NCBI GenBank assembly: GCA_945787155.1
Contig: CALZHD010000002.1
Coordinates: 7,548-71,547, forward strand
Direction of reading: 5' to 3'
DNA length: 64,000 bases
From: an uncultured Gammaproteobacteria bacterium
Lineage (GTDB): Bacteria > Pseudomonadota > Gammaproteobacteria > SZUA-140
Made by a program: the position numbers and the translations under genes. Below, piece after piece: positions 22,775 to 33,546 of this stretch. Numbering within the stretch: the stretch's first letter is position 1; each line of letters opens with the position of its first letter. Under the pieces are notes generated by a model. The model had not been told where the DNA came from, made no database searches, and was given only the letters and a program-made list of their open reading frames with translations.

Positions 22775-22934
22775 GGTGGCAGTGTTGAACGACATCTTCC
22801 GTCGTTGTTAGGAGTGGATTGACTGCTTCTGCACTGGTATCCCCGATGGTGATCCGGTGTTTACTCATTGTTATATGGTGAGGCCCTCAGTACGCCATTA
22901 AGGAAACCTGGTCCTTATAGAAACAGGAGTGAAG

Positions 22935-23915
22935 ATGATAAACAGCACTAATACTGGTTTACTGGCAGCCTACCGCTTAAATGGAGATGGTAGTGGGCAG
23001 GCGATCGACTGGAAGACGGTGCAAAGCCAGTCTCAGCTGGAAGGCTTTCACTGGATACATCTCGATTTAACGAACACCGATAGTCAAAAGTGGCTTCACG
23101 AAGCAAGCGGTCTGGATGAGACTATCTGTGATGCGCTGCTAGCCGAAGAGACTCGTCCGCGCACAGTTGTCTCTTCACATGGGCTGCTGGTGATTCTACG
23201 TGGCGTCAATATGAACCCAGGGGCAGATCCTGAAGATATGGTGTCCATTCGGCTATGGATTGAGAAAGATCGCATTATCAGTACGCGCAGGCGTCGCCTG
23301 CTCTCAGTAGATGCGCTTAAAGATGATATCAACAATAATCAGGGGCCAACCACTCCGGGAGAGTTATTGGCGATGTTGTGTGGTCACCTGATGAGTAGGA
23401 TGTCCTCTGTGATTGCCGCACTTGATGAGCGGGTGGATAACCTTGAGAGTGAGGGGCTGGTATCCAGTCAATATCATATACGTAATGAATTGGGTGCTAT
23501 CCGTCGTGAAATGATCAGCCTGCGACGCTACCTGGCGCCGCAACGGGAAGCGATGAACCGTTTGATCCATGAACGTCATCTTCTTGTAAGCGCCGAAAAT
23601 AGAGAGCTGTTAAGAGAGTCCACTGATTATCTGATTCGTTACATCGAAGATCTGGATGCCATGCGTGAGCGTGCCAGCCTGCTCCAGGAAGAGGTGGGGA
23701 ATCGCATGGCCGAGCATATGAATCAACGGATGTATATTCTGTCACTGGTAGCAGGTATCTTCCTGCCACTGGGTTTTATTACCGGTATTCTGGGGATTAA
23801 TGTCGGGGGTATTCCTGGTACAGAGAATGCGCACGCTTTTGAGTACGTGCTTGCTATTTGTGTGCTGTTGATTGGACTGGGCTATGTAATTTTTAAACGT
23901 CAGAAGTGGTTATAA
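22935..23915 (+). CDS. zntB: CorA-superfamily zinc transporter, ZntB-like
   Basis: ~326 aa. Two C-terminal TM helices with a GINVGGIPG loop (ZntB-type GxN motif). AGGAG RBS 5 nt upstream of ATG at 22935. Confidence 0.7.
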   Translation: MINSTNTGLLAAYRLNGDGSGQAIDWKTVQSQSQLEGFHWIHLDLTNTDSQKWLHEASGLDETICDALLAEETRPRTVVSSHGLLVILRGVNMNPGADPEDMVSIRLWIEKDRIISTRRRRLLSVDALKDDINNNQGPTTPGELLAMLCGHLMSRMSSVIAALDERVDNLESEGLVSSQYHIRNELGAIRREMISLRRYLAPQREAMNRLIHERHLLVSAENRELLRESTDYLIRYIEDLDAMRERASLLQEEVGNRMAEHMNQRMYILSLVAGIFLPLGFITGILGINVGGIPGTENAHAFEYVLAICVLLIGLGYVIFKRQKWL

Positions 23916-24086
23916 CCTCTGACGGTTGTTTCCAATGCCTGTTCTCAGGGAGCCCCTGTTTTATTTCCGCAGTATGATTAATGCATTGCAATGCGGGGAT
24001 TATCTATGCACCATACGGCCGCGACAAACGTCATCCATTAATAGCACTGTAATCGGACCCTTTAAATTTACGGACAGATCAAGCAG

Positions 24087-25454
24087 ATGATACCAGTAAT
24101 CGACAACACAGAGGATAGTACTACCTCCAGTCGCCTCGATCATATTATCGGCCTGTTAAAAACAGCTGATGATGCAGCTACTCTATTATATATAGAGCCG
24201 CTACATGCGGCTGAGCTGGCAATACTGCTTGAATCATTACCGCCTGAATTGCGCCAACACCTATGGAAGGTGCTACCGGCGGCGGTCGAAGGGGAGACGC
24301 TGAGCTACCTCGGAGACGAAGTACGAGGCAGTATTATTGATGCGATGGCACGTTCTGAGGTGGTGGCCGCCACGGAGAGCATGGCTGTGGCCGATCTGGC
24401 TGATGTGATGGATGAACTGCCAGAGGATGTCAGTGAGGCAGTACTCCAGTCATTAGATGAAGATCGTCGGCATCGTCTTGAAACCACATTGACCTTTGCT
24501 GAAGGGAGTGCCGGTCGACTGATGAGCAGTGATATCATCAGTGTGCGTAAAGATGTCACGCTGTCGGTAGTGCTGCGCTATCTGCGTCGTATCAAACCCT
24601 TGCCACGTCACACCAATGCCCTGATGGTGATCAATGAACAGGGGGTCTATATTGGGAAATTGTCGATTGCCAGCATCGTGACTGAACCCCCGGACGCACT
24701 GGTGGCGGAGGTGATGGATGAATCGAGCAGCGTGATTCAGTGCGATGCCACTGAACATGATGTGGCGGTATTGTTCGAGCGACGTGACCTGGTATCGCTC
24801 GCTGTTATCAATGAACTGGGCGAACTGATGGGGCGGATTACCATCGATGATGCGGTCGATATCATGTTGGCGGAGGCCGATAAGGCCCTGCTTGCCAGCG
24901 CCGGTTTGAATGAGGATGAAGATTTGTTTGCGCCGGTGGTGCTCAGCGCCAGGCGGCGTGCAATATGGTTAGGCATCAATCTTATTACTGTATTCATGGC
25001 GGCCTGGGTGATTGGTCGTTTTGAAGAGGCACTGGATAAAATTGTTGCCCTGGCGGTGCTGCTGCCTGTTGTTGCCAGCATGGGGGGGATTGCTGGGAGC
25101 CAAACCCTTACGCTGACCATTCGTGGCCTCGCACTGGGGCAGGTGAGTAGTGCCAACCTGAAGTGGCTTGCGAATAAGGAGTTTATGGTGGGCCTATTAA
25201 ACGGACTTGGCTGGTCATTGGTTGTTGCGCTTGTCACCTATGCCTGGTTTCAGGATTCTGGCATTGCGTTGATCATCTCTGCTGCGATGATACTTAATCT
25301 GGTTGCAGCGGCGTTCTCCGGGGTGTTAATCCCCGTGATATTGACACGCATGGGGATCGATCCAGCGCTCTCAGGAGCTGTCGTATTAACGACCGTTACG
25401 GATATTGTTGGTTTCTTAAGTTTTCTTGGGCTGGCCACGCTCTTTCTCTTGTGA
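24087..25454 (+). CDS. mgtE: magnesium transporter MgtE
   Basis: 455 aa. MgtE N-domain, tandem CBS pair, and a C-terminal 5-TM MgtE channel domain. Confidence 0.9.
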   Translation: MIPVIDNTEDSTTSSRLDHIIGLLKTADDAATLLYIEPLHAAELAILLESLPPELRQHLWKVLPAAVEGETLSYLGDEVRGSIIDAMARSEVVAATESMAVADLADVMDELPEDVSEAVLQSLDEDRRHRLETTLTFAEGSAGRLMSSDIISVRKDVTLSVVLRYLRRIKPLPRHTNALMVINEQGVYIGKLSIASIVTEPPDALVAEVMDESSSVIQCDATEHDVAVLFERRDLVSLAVINELGELMGRITIDDAVDIMLAEADKALLASAGLNEDEDLFAPVVLSARRRAIWLGINLITVFMAAWVIGRFEEALDKIVALAVLLPVVASMGGIAGSQTLTLTIRGLALGQVSSANLKWLANKEFMVGLLNGLGWSLVVALVTYAWFQDSGIALIISAAMILNLVAAAFSGVLIPVILTRMGIDPALSGAVVLTTVTDIVGFLSFLGLATLFLL

Positions 25455-25507
25455 ATCCTGGCCTCATATCTTTCATTGAGATGGCGAGATATTAAAGGAT
25501 AAGTAGC

Positions 25508-26671
25508 ATGCATCTTGATCCGATTATGCCCTATTTGGTTGGCTCAATTTTAGTTGTCCTGCTGATGGGATTTGTACTGCGCTTGATTCACCAGCCGTAT
25601 GTGATTGGTTATCTCATTGCCGGGATTATCCTGGGTCCTCATGGGGTGGCGCTGATAGAAGATAATGCCTTGCTTTCTCGCCTGGGCGCCATTGGTGTAG
25701 TGATGTTGCTATTTTTTATTGGTATGGAGGTTTCACCAAAAAAATTAATCGACAACTGGAAAATCGCCGTCATTGGTACACTGCTACAAGTCGCAATCAG
25801 CGTTGGTTTTGTGTGGCCACTAGGCAGTTATCTGGACTGGCCTCTAGAGCGTATTGTATTGATGGGCTTTGTTATTAGTCTTAGCAGTACCGTGGTGGTA
25901 ATGAAGTTACTGGAGGATTGGAAAGAACTTGATTCCAGGGTAGGCCAAAACGTACTGGTTATTTTGCTTGCTCAGGACTTAGCAATCATTCCGATGTTAA
26001 TCATACTTTCAGCAATGGGTGACGTTGCAGATGACACCAGCAACATCTGGCTACAGCTGATGGGTGCCGTTACCATTGCGGGCCTTGTCGCTTACATCGC
26101 TAAAAAAGAGGCTATTCATCTTCCGCTAGGCAAGGCGCTGAAAAATGATCATGAAATGCAGGTGTTCGCAGCGCTCTCGATTTGTCTTGGCTTATCCCTG
26201 TTAACAGGTCTACTGGGGCTATCCACCGCATTAGGGGCGTTTGTGGCGGGCATGTTGATTGGTGCTGCTAAAGAGACCCACTGGGTACATCAAGCACTTG
26301 AGTCCTTTCGCATTCTATTTGTCGCCTTGTTCTTTGTCTCGATTGGTATGTTGGTTGATTTAAGTTTTATCGCAAATCATTTGTTTCAAGTTATTGCACT
26401 GGTTGCGCTGGTGATTATTACCAATACATTTATTAATGGTGCCATTCTGAGAATATTGGGAGAAAACTGGCGAGAAAGCCTCTACGCTGGCACCATGCTT
26501 TCTCAAATTGGAGAGTTTAGTTTTGTACTGGCTGCGGTTGGTATCCAGGCGCATATCATAAGCGATTATGGCTATCAGATGACCGTTGCTGTGATTTCGA
26601 TCTCTCTACTTATTAGTCCCATATGGATTATGCTGATCAAATCAGCACTCTATCGGACCCGGCTGAAATAG
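25508..26671 (+). CDS. cation:proton antiporter (CPA2/Kef-type membrane domain only)
   Basis: 387 aa polytopic membrane protein with a Na+/H+ exchanger fold. No C-terminal KTN/RCK domain. Confidence 0.8.
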   Translation: MHLDPIMPYLVGSILVVLLMGFVLRLIHQPYVIGYLIAGIILGPHGVALIEDNALLSRLGAIGVVMLLFFIGMEVSPKKLIDNWKIAVIGTLLQVAISVGFVWPLGSYLDWPLERIVLMGFVISLSSTVVVMKLLEDWKELDSRVGQNVLVILLAQDLAIIPMLIILSAMGDVADDTSNIWLQLMGAVTIAGLVAYIAKKEAIHLPLGKALKNDHEMQVFAALSICLGLSLLTGLLGLSTALGAFVAGMLIGAAKETHWVHQALESFRILFVALFFVSIGMLVDLSFIANHLFQVIALVALVIITNTFINGAILRILGENWRESLYAGTMLSQIGEFSFVLAAVGIQAHIISDYGYQMTVAVISISLLISPIWIMLIKSALYRTRLK

Positions 26672-26799
26672 GTATGCTTTCGTTAAGTTTTTGGGTAATA
26701 ACAGCTTGAATAGATCAGTATTGAAGTATGACATTGAGTGGCTGAGAGAAGTGATTTGAAAATGCTCTGCATTGAATATTATGGATTTTATTAGATTGT

Positions 26800-27249
26800 T
26801 TATTCTCCAATTCCGCGAGGATTTCCATCGGATAATTTATTTATAATTAACGAATATTCGCGCTTTCCTGTTTTGTTGTTTATGATGAACTCCCTGTATT
26901 CTTCGTTATCATGCATGACAATCCTGCATTTTCGTTCCTTCCCTTCCCACTTAATGCAATGCCTGCCTTTTTTATCAACAAACCATTCACCCTCTATGTT
27001 CTCACCGTTGCGCTTCTGATGAGCTGAGCCGTTTGGATCAAAATAACTTTCGAAAGGTATTTGCTGGCCAAGGTAAATACCCTGAATTGTTTTTCCTGAA
27101 ATTAAGGAGAGCACTTCCTCTTCAGTTAGAATAGTTTCAGCGTGTGAAATATTACTCATCAAGACTAACGATGAGATAATGACAAGCCATGTGTGTTTTT
27201 TCGCCATTCTTTTACCTTTGCAAACTAATACTGCCTGATCGCGGGCCAA
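26800..27249 (-). CDS. secreted hypothetical protein (AT-rich gene)
   Basis: Signal peptide MAKKHTWLVIISSLVLMSNISHA. 149 aa. Markedly lower GC than its neighbours. Confidence 0.45.
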   Translation of the reverse strand: MARDQAVLVCKGKRMAKKHTWLVIISSLVLMSNISHAETILTEEEVLSLISGKTIQGIYLGQQIPFESYFDPNGSAHQKRNGENIEGEWFVDKKGRHCIKWEGKERKCRIVMHDNEEYREFIINNKTGKREYSLIINKLSDGNPRGIGE

Positions 27250-27564
27250 TATTTATCTTCTATATGACTCTATCGCTAGCTGTAGTAATGGTCAATTGAT
27301 AATGTATATTTTCTTCTAGAAACTAGTGTTTTGTTAAATATGATCATGAGTTCAGCTGTGGAATCTCCCTGTTTTTATCTGGTTTTATGAGAAATTATTC
27401 CTCAAGATATCTTTTAGATATACAATCCAGTCATTGTGGCAGTATTGATGAATATGCGAGGTAGCAATTCCAAAATAGTACTACTGAGTATCTTCAAGTC
27501 AAACGTATCGAGTGATTTTTCTTTTTGTCTTCAAGCTCATATAAGACCGAACTTTAGAGTAACA

Positions 27565-30500
27565 ATGAACAACATGTTTCGCTTTATATTTTCAATAGTA
27601 ATGTTTGCATTATGCTTTTCATTTAATGGCGTTGTAGTCGCTGTTAACGGGGGGAATGGGGCGCATGATATTACAGAAACCTTAAAAGTTTCGCGTGCCA
27701 AATCTAGTGAGTCACTGGACGTTATTGCCAGGCGTATATCTATTTTAGAAAAAATCGAATTGCCAGATGATTTACAGAAAGCTGAACTAACATTACTTTT
27801 TCAGGCACGAGATTTTTTACAAAAGAATATTGCGTCGAGTGACCGTACACTGGGTTATTTCGAAGCGGTACAGGGCGCTCCGTTAAGACTGCAAAGTATA
27901 GAGCAAGAGTTAGCGACGCCGCTGCCGGGGGAGGACGTTAAGGTCAATGAAAAATTGCCATTAGCAACATTAGAGGGGCAACTCGAAAGCAGTAGAGCTG
28001 AACTGGAGAATGAACGACGGATTCGAGCAGAGGTGGAAGCGGAGACAACGCAGCGTAACGAACGGCAACAAAAAATTGTGGAAGAGTCAGCATCCGCACG
28101 TAAACGACTGGAAGAGCTTAAGCAAATACTGGCGACACCTGCCAATGGAGGTACCGATAAGTCTAGCGCAGCCAGAAAAGTTGTGCTGTCAGCGGAAAAT
28201 ACTTATCTGGAGCAACTGCTTCAAGAGTTGGAGCAGGAAAATCGGAGTTATGATAATCGACGAGAATTATTGCGTGCTCGACGCCAACTGGCCGAACGGC
28301 GGGTACTGGTTGCTGAGCGCCAGTTCAATGCGTTGGAGCAGCACGTTAACCGTTTGCGCACAGAGGCTGCCGCACAGGTAATTCAAGTGGCCGATGCTGC
28401 GAGCCTTGCCGCTGCCAGGGCTCATCCGCTGGTGCGTGCTATTGCCGATGAAAATCAGAAATTTGCCGCTGAACTGGCGAATATCTCGGTATCGAGCACG
28501 GTCCTTAGCCAGGAGAAGCAACAGCTCGATGAAACATTCAATACCATTCGGCGCAATTTCGAGGGGATCAAGGAGAAAATCGCTCAGATAGGATTGAGCG
28601 ATGCGATCGGCTTAAAGCTACGCAGTGATCGCAATCAGATGCCGGATGCCGACCGTTACGAGGCTAGTTTGAAGGCACATCGAGATGAGATCAATCACGT
28701 GCAACTTCGGCGTATCGAAATCGAAGATCGCTTGCTTGAACTGGTGGATTTGAAACGTGAATCTATGCGTCGCGTCAATGATTATAAAGTCGAAATTACG
28801 GAAAGTGAGCAGACCGCGATATTAGCTGCTGTTCAAATTGCTTTGGGAAAACAAAAAGAGAACTATCTCAATGAACTGATCAAATCTTATGATACCTACT
28901 TCGAAAAAAATCTCTATCCCATGCTGGAAAAGGAGCGTGACCTCATCACCTTAATCGGTGATTACGAGGAGTTTATTGATACGCGTATCCTCTGGATACA
29001 GAGCGCGCGTCACCTGGAACTTGGCGACCTCCTACGCCTCGGCTCGGCTACCGCGTGGCTGCTCTCTCCTTCGTCATGGGGAGAGATCGTTGCCAGCCTG
29101 GGCCGTGACTTGCGAGCTAATCCATTAGCGGTCATTGTGCCGTTATTGTTCATTGTCTTTTTGTTAGCGTTTCAGCGTCGCCTGAAGGATAGGCTGTCGG
29201 TGCTGGGACGTTACGTCACTAAACTGAGTAAGGCTAAATTTACCGACACACTGTGGGCAGGGGGAGTGACTGTGATGATGACGGTTCCCTGGCCGTTACT
29301 GCTCTATTTGATTGCCTGGCGTATCAGCCAATCAAGTACAGATGCTGTCTTTGCCACGGCATTGTCATCAGGTATTTTTGCGATGGCCCATCTGCTTTTG
29401 GCGGGCCAATTGCTCAGGCGGCTATGCCGGAATGAGGGATTAGGAGAGGCCCATTTTCGCTGGAGAAGCGAAAACCTGGTTTTAATCAGGAAGCAGTTAA
29501 ACTGGTACCTTCCGATTGCTCTCCCGCTGGCTTTCATCATCGCAGCGACACTGAACCAGCCGACACAGGCGCATCATGATTCTCTGGGGCGGATGGCATT
29601 CTTTATCCTCATGGGGAGCAGCACGCTATTGGCATACAGATTAATGCATCCTGAAAGGGGTTTGTTGAGGTTTAACATTGAGAAAAATCCAGAGAGCTGG
29701 CTGCATCGGCTCATGGGGACATGGTTCGCCGCAGTATTAGTAACACCGTCAGGGTTAGTGCTCGCAGCGGCACTGGGGTATATGTATACCGCTGTTCAAC
29801 TGGCGTTGTACCTCATTAGCACAATAGGATTGCTCTTCGCTATTACGGTGGCAAGAGAGTTTCTCATCCGCTGGTTAAACATCGCCCAGCGGAAACTGGC
29901 GCTGGAGCAATGGCGTAAAAGAGTTGCGACTCAGGTCGAAAACACGACAGCAGAAGAACATCCACACATGGGTGAAACGGCTGAACCCGCTACTATTGCA
30001 GAGCCGGAAATTGATGTTACTGCCATTAGCACACAAACCATGAAGTTGCTGAATAGTGCTTTCTGGTTTGCGATTGTTGTCGGGATGGTCTTGATCTGGA
30101 GGGAGATATTACCCGCGTTTAATATGCTGAACGAAGTGGTGTTATGGACTAGCGAAGTCTCCAGCAGCGAAAGTGGTGCTGCTTTGGTCGCACAGATTCC
30201 AACCACGTTGGCCGATCTACTGTTGGCTATTATTATTTTGTTGATGACTTTTTTCGTCAGCCGAAATATTCCAGGTTTACTGGAAATCGCAATATTACAA
30301 CGCCTGCCGTTTACCCCGAGCGGGCGTTACGCGATTACTTCCATTGTTCGATATATCCTCGTGATTGTCGGGCTTGCCATGACCTTCAGCGCGATCGGCA
30401 TCGGCTGGTCAAAAGTACAATGGCTGGCTGCCGCCATCACGCTGGGCCTTGGGTTTGGCTTGCAGGAAATATTTGCCAACTTTGTCTCAGGCCTGATTAT

Positions 30501-31023
30501 TCTTTTCGAACGCCCGATTCGTGTCGGTGATGCAGTCACCATCGGTAATATCAGTGGTAAGGTCTCTCGCATCCAGATGCGGGCGACGATGATCACCGAC
30601 TGGGATAGAAAGGAACTTATTATTCCAAATAAGGAGTTTGTGACCGGTCAGGTGATCAACTGGTCGTTGTCTGATACGATCTTACGCATATTGATACCTG
30701 TTGGTATTGCCTATGGTTCCGATACGCGTTTAGCCTACGATACCTTATTGTCGGCTGCCGCTGCGCACCCCAATGTACTCAAAGACCCGGAGCCGACTGC
30801 AAGGTTTGTACTGTTTGGTGAAAGCTCACTCGATTTTGAACTTAGGATCTACATTCCGCACCCTGACCTGTTTCTGGAAACACGTCATGATTTGCTAATG
30901 GAGATCGATCGGCGCTTTCGAGACGCCAACATTGAAATCGCCTTTCCTCAACGAGACATTCACATCAGAGATATTGCGCAAGGCGTCCCTTTGTTGTCTA
31001 ACATGTCTAAAAAAGATGCCTGA
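27565..31023 (+). CDS. mscK: large mechanosensitive channel, MscK/KefA-like (MscS family)
   Basis: ~1150 aa. Signal peptide, long periplasmic coiled-coil region, about 11 TM helices, and a C-terminal MscS beta-domain (GLIILFERPIRVGDAVTIGNISGKVSRIQMRATMI). Confidence 0.8.
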   Translation: MNNMFRFIFSIVMFALCFSFNGVVVAVNGGNGAHDITETLKVSRAKSSESLDVIARRISILEKIELPDDLQKAELTLLFQARDFLQKNIASSDRTLGYFEAVQGAPLRLQSIEQELATPLPGEDVKVNEKLPLATLEGQLESSRAELENERRIRAEVEAETTQRNERQQKIVEESASARKRLEELKQILATPANGGTDKSSAARKVVLSAENTYLEQLLQELEQENRSYDNRRELLRARRQLAERRVLVAERQFNALEQHVNRLRTEAAAQVIQVADAASLAAARAHPLVRAIADENQKFAAELANISVSSTVLSQEKQQLDETFNTIRRNFEGIKEKIAQIGLSDAIGLKLRSDRNQMPDADRYEASLKAHRDEINHVQLRRIEIEDRLLELVDLKRESMRRVNDYKVEITESEQTAILAAVQIALGKQKENYLNELIKSYDTYFEKNLYPMLEKERDLITLIGDYEEFIDTRILWIQSARHLELGDLLRLGSATAWLLSPSSWGEIVASLGRDLRANPLAVIVPLLFIVFLLAFQRRLKDRLSVLGRYVTKLSKAKFTDTLWAGGVTVMMTVPWPLLLYLIAWRISQSSTDAVFATALSSGIFAMAHLLLAGQLLRRLCRNEGLGEAHFRWRSENLVLIRKQLNWYLPIALPLAFIIAATLNQPTQAHHDSLGRMAFFILMGSSTLLAYRLMHPERGLLRFNIEKNPESWLHRLMGTWFAAVLVTPSGLVLAAALGYMYTAVQLALYLISTIGLLFAITVAREFLIRWLNIAQRKLALEQWRKRVATQVENTTAEEHPHMGETAEPATIAEPEIDVTAISTQTMKLLNSAFWFAIVVGMVLIWREILPAFNMLNEVVLWTSEVSSSESGAALVAQIPTTLADLLLAIIILLMTFFVSRNIPGLLEIAILQRLPFTPSGRYAITSIVRYILVIVGLAMTFSAIGIGWSKVQWLAAAITLGLGFGLQEIFANFVSGLIILFERPIRVGDAVTIGNISGKVSRIQMRATMITDWDRKELIIPNKEFVTGQVINWSLSDTILRILIPVGIAYGSDTRLAYDTLLSAAAAHPNVLKDPEPTARFVLFGESSLDFELRIYIPHPDLFLETRHDLLMEIDRRFRDANIEIAFPQRDIHIRDIAQGVPLLSNMSKKDA

Positions 31024-31040
31024 TTATGAAGTGCCGATAT

Positions 31041-32228
31041 TCAGGTTGTCACTTCTGTCAGTCCTGCGATGAGTCTATTCATCCCCGTCGTAATCTCTGA
31101 TTGTGAGAGCGCTCCGTAGGCGATGCGAAAATAACAGCTCTCTCCAAGGCCAAAGGTGTTGCCGGGTATCGCCGCTACCCGGTGCTGTTCGATCAGAGCG
31201 CGTGTCAATTGCATCATCTCCTGTCTCTCGCTTGCCTTGATTAGAAAATAGAAGGCCCCATGTGGCGTGGCATAACTGATCTGTTCGCGGTGTTGTTCAA
31301 GCTGCGTAATGATTGCGCTGCGTGTTCTGGCAAGTCGCGCAATGTGTGGCGTGCAGAAGTCACGGCCACATTTGAGCGCGGCAACGGCGGCGTGCTGTGA
31401 GATGACTGGAGCGCAGATCAGATTGGTGTCTTGCACCTTTTTGATCGCGGCGGTGAGGTGCGCCGGAAACAGCATATAACCGATGCGCCAGCTTGCCATG
31501 CCGTAGGTCTTGGAGAGTGAAAAGAGCGAGATGGTGTGGTCGACGCTGTTCGTTATCGAGGCCGGAGAGAAGTGTTCTGTGCCGTTATAGACGAAGTACT
31601 CGTACGCTTCGTCATTGATGTGATAGAGCCCTCTGTCACGGCAGAGTTCGTTGATCGCCGTCAACATCTCACGCGAATAGACTGCTCCGCTAGGGTTATT
31701 AGGGGAGATCGTTACCACTGCGCGGGTTTTGTTTGTGATGGCTGCTGCGATGGCATCGAACAGCGGCTGATGGTTTGCATCGGTCGCAACAATAACTGGT
31801 TTGGCATCGGCGATGCGTATCGCCATCTCGTGATTGAAGTAGTAGGGGCTGAGGATGATCACCTCATCACCGGGATCAGTGATTGCCAGTATCGCCTGCA
31901 AGAATCCCATATTGCTACCGGCGGTGACAAAGAGTTCACGTTTGTCTGGTGACTTGATGTTGTTTTCAGTGGCTAGCTTCTGTTCGATTATCGCCTTGAG
32001 TTCGGGAATACCATCGACCAGTTTATAGCGGTGGTTCGCTGGATCATCGAAGAAGGCGTTAACAGCATGCTTAACTGCACTCGGTGGCGCATAATCGACA
32101 ATCCCCTGGCCGAGGTTGATGGTACCAGGGTTGTCTCTTATCAGTTCACCCACAAATGGGATGATTGGAGCCTGCACCTGGCTCATTCGAACGGTGGCAC
32201 TTATGCTGGCGTATTCAGCATCGATCAT
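31041..32228 (-). CDS. PLP-dependent aminotransferase, class I (AspC/AlaA-like)
   Basis: 395 aa. Lys-containing SLSKTYGMASWRIGY motif and N-terminal fold I consensus. Confidence 0.85.
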   Translation of the reverse strand: MIDAEYASISATVRMSQVQAPIIPFVGELIRDNPGTINLGQGIVDYAPPSAVKHAVNAFFDDPANHRYKLVDGIPELKAIIEQKLATENNIKSPDKRELFVTAGSNMGFLQAILAITDPGDEVIILSPYYFNHEMAIRIADAKPVIVATDANHQPLFDAIAAAITNKTRAVVTISPNNPSGAVYSREMLTAINELCRDRGLYHINDEAYEYFVYNGTEHFSPASITNSVDHTISLFSLSKTYGMASWRIGYMLFPAHLTAAIKKVQDTNLICAPVISQHAAVAALKCGRDFCTPHIARLARTRSAIITQLEQHREQISYATPHGAFYFLIKASERQEMMQLTRALIEQHRVAAIPGNTFGLGESCYFRIAYGALSQSEITTGMNRLIAGLTEVTT

Positions 32229-32253
32229 TGTGAATAACGCTGTGTTGTACTAT

Positions 32254-33060
32254 TTATAATGGTTGTGGTTTGTAGTTTTGGCGAACGCGCATTTCGGTAA
32301 AGCCATGTTTGAGAATATTTTTATATGAGTGTTGTGGATCGCCTTCAACCGCTTCCCCCGTCTCAGTGACGATATGTTTGCAACCCAGCGACTTTGCCTG
32401 GTCGATGCGAGCTGCCATGATTGCCGACTGGCTACCCTTGCAGCGATACTGGGGCGCGGTGGCAGCCCAGTCGAGCCATGCAATCTCATCATGGACGAAC
32501 ATCGCGCCAGTGCCAACCATGGTTTGGCCGTCAAAGCTGGCATAGAGATGCCAGCGAGGGTCGTTGGCGAGTGCTGCGATGAGCGGCACTGTAGCATCGC
32601 TCATGTCAAACGCAGCACAGACAATGCGTGAAAATTCATCTGCGTGGCCACCATCAATTTTTTCTATGCGCAGTTCGGTTTCTGCTCCATGTGGCGCTGA
32701 ACTATCGCGGATAAACCGCATCCAGCCTCGGGTGGCAACAAGCCCGGCATTGATGAGCTGTTGCTGACTCGCCTGCGGCTGGTCATCAATATAGAGGTGC
32801 AGAAAGTAATTCTTGATCCCGAGTGCAGTGTAGGTAGCTGAAATCTTCTGTATCGTACTCGGTTTGATCTCCTTGTTGGTGCAGAGTCCATGTGCGCGGT
32901 TAAGCATAATGCTGGGCTCTTTGGTGGCGGTGAGTAGTAAGGCGTCGTCAATATTGATGATACGCAACCCCAGCGCTTTTTTCGTCGCATCAGGACAGTT
33001 GCTATAGAGGCTGGTTATGACCTCGCGTTCTACCGACTCTGTACGTTGTTCCAGATCCAT
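32254..33060 (-). CDS. GNAT-family N-acetyltransferase (two-lobed)
   Basis: 268 aa. C-terminal acetyl-CoA-binding-like segment (QYRCKGSQSAIMAARIDQAKSLG). Confidence 0.55.
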   Translation of the reverse strand: MDLEQRTESVEREVITSLYSNCPDATKKALGLRIINIDDALLLTATKEPSIMLNRAHGLCTNKEIKPSTIQKISATYTALGIKNYFLHLYIDDQPQASQQQLINAGLVATRGWMRFIRDSSAPHGAETELRIEKIDGGHADEFSRIVCAAFDMSDATVPLIAALANDPRWHLYASFDGQTMVGTGAMFVHDEIAWLDWAATAPQYRCKGSQSAIMAARIDQAKSLGCKHIVTETGEAVEGDPQHSYKNILKHGFTEMRVRQNYKPQPL

Positions 33061-33084
33061 GATGTGATTTCCTGTTCGATACTT

Positions 33085-33546
33085 TTATTTGCCGCAACAG
33101 CGTTTAAATTTTTTGCCACTACCACAAGGGCAGGGACTATTTTGACTGGTTTGTGAAAGTGTACCATCGACGTAGTACCAGCGTCCCTCTTCTTTAACAA
33201 AACGGCTTACTTCGTGAATGATATATGCTCTTCCTTCTGTCCGGTAGCGTGCGATGAATTCAACAGTGCCAGTAGTGTCATTGATAGCTCCGGCCTCTGT
33301 ACGGCAGACTGTTAGCCCTAGCCATTCGGGTTGTTCCTGCGCGAGATCAAGCGTGCTGGGGCGAGTGGTACGGTGCCAGGTTTTGAGCAGGTAGTCACTG
33401 TTGTTATGAGAATAGGCCGTGTAGCGGGAACGCATCAATTTTTCGGCGGTTGGGGCGGGGGGATCATTGTCTATATATTGACCACAGCAGGCTGGGTAGG
33501 GAGTGTTGCTACCGCAGGGACAGTTGTTGAGTGATGTGCTTTGCAT
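33085..33546 (-). CDS. ychJ: YchJ-family protein (UPF0225) with SEC-C metal-binding motifs
   Basis: 153 aa. N-terminal CPCGS and C-terminal CPCGSGKKFKRCCG SEC-C motifs. Confidence 0.8.
   Translation of the reverse strand: MQSTSLNNCPCGSNTPYPACCGQYIDNDPPAPTAEKLMRSRYTAYSHNNSDYLLKTWHRTTRPSTLDLAQEQPEWLGLTVCRTEAGAINDTTGTVEFIARYRTEGRAYIIHEVSRFVKEEGRWYYVDGTLSQTSQNSPCPCGSGKKFKRCCGK

Noticed and set aside
24737-25237. 166-aa antisense ORF inside mgtE, and similar long antisense ORFs (5032-5493, 49948-50490, 50680-51012, 13333-13842)
   Set aside because: All lie opposite well-supported genes (mgtE, exported protein, guaB, purA). Ser/Ala/Arg-rich translations are typical of GC-rich shadow frames.
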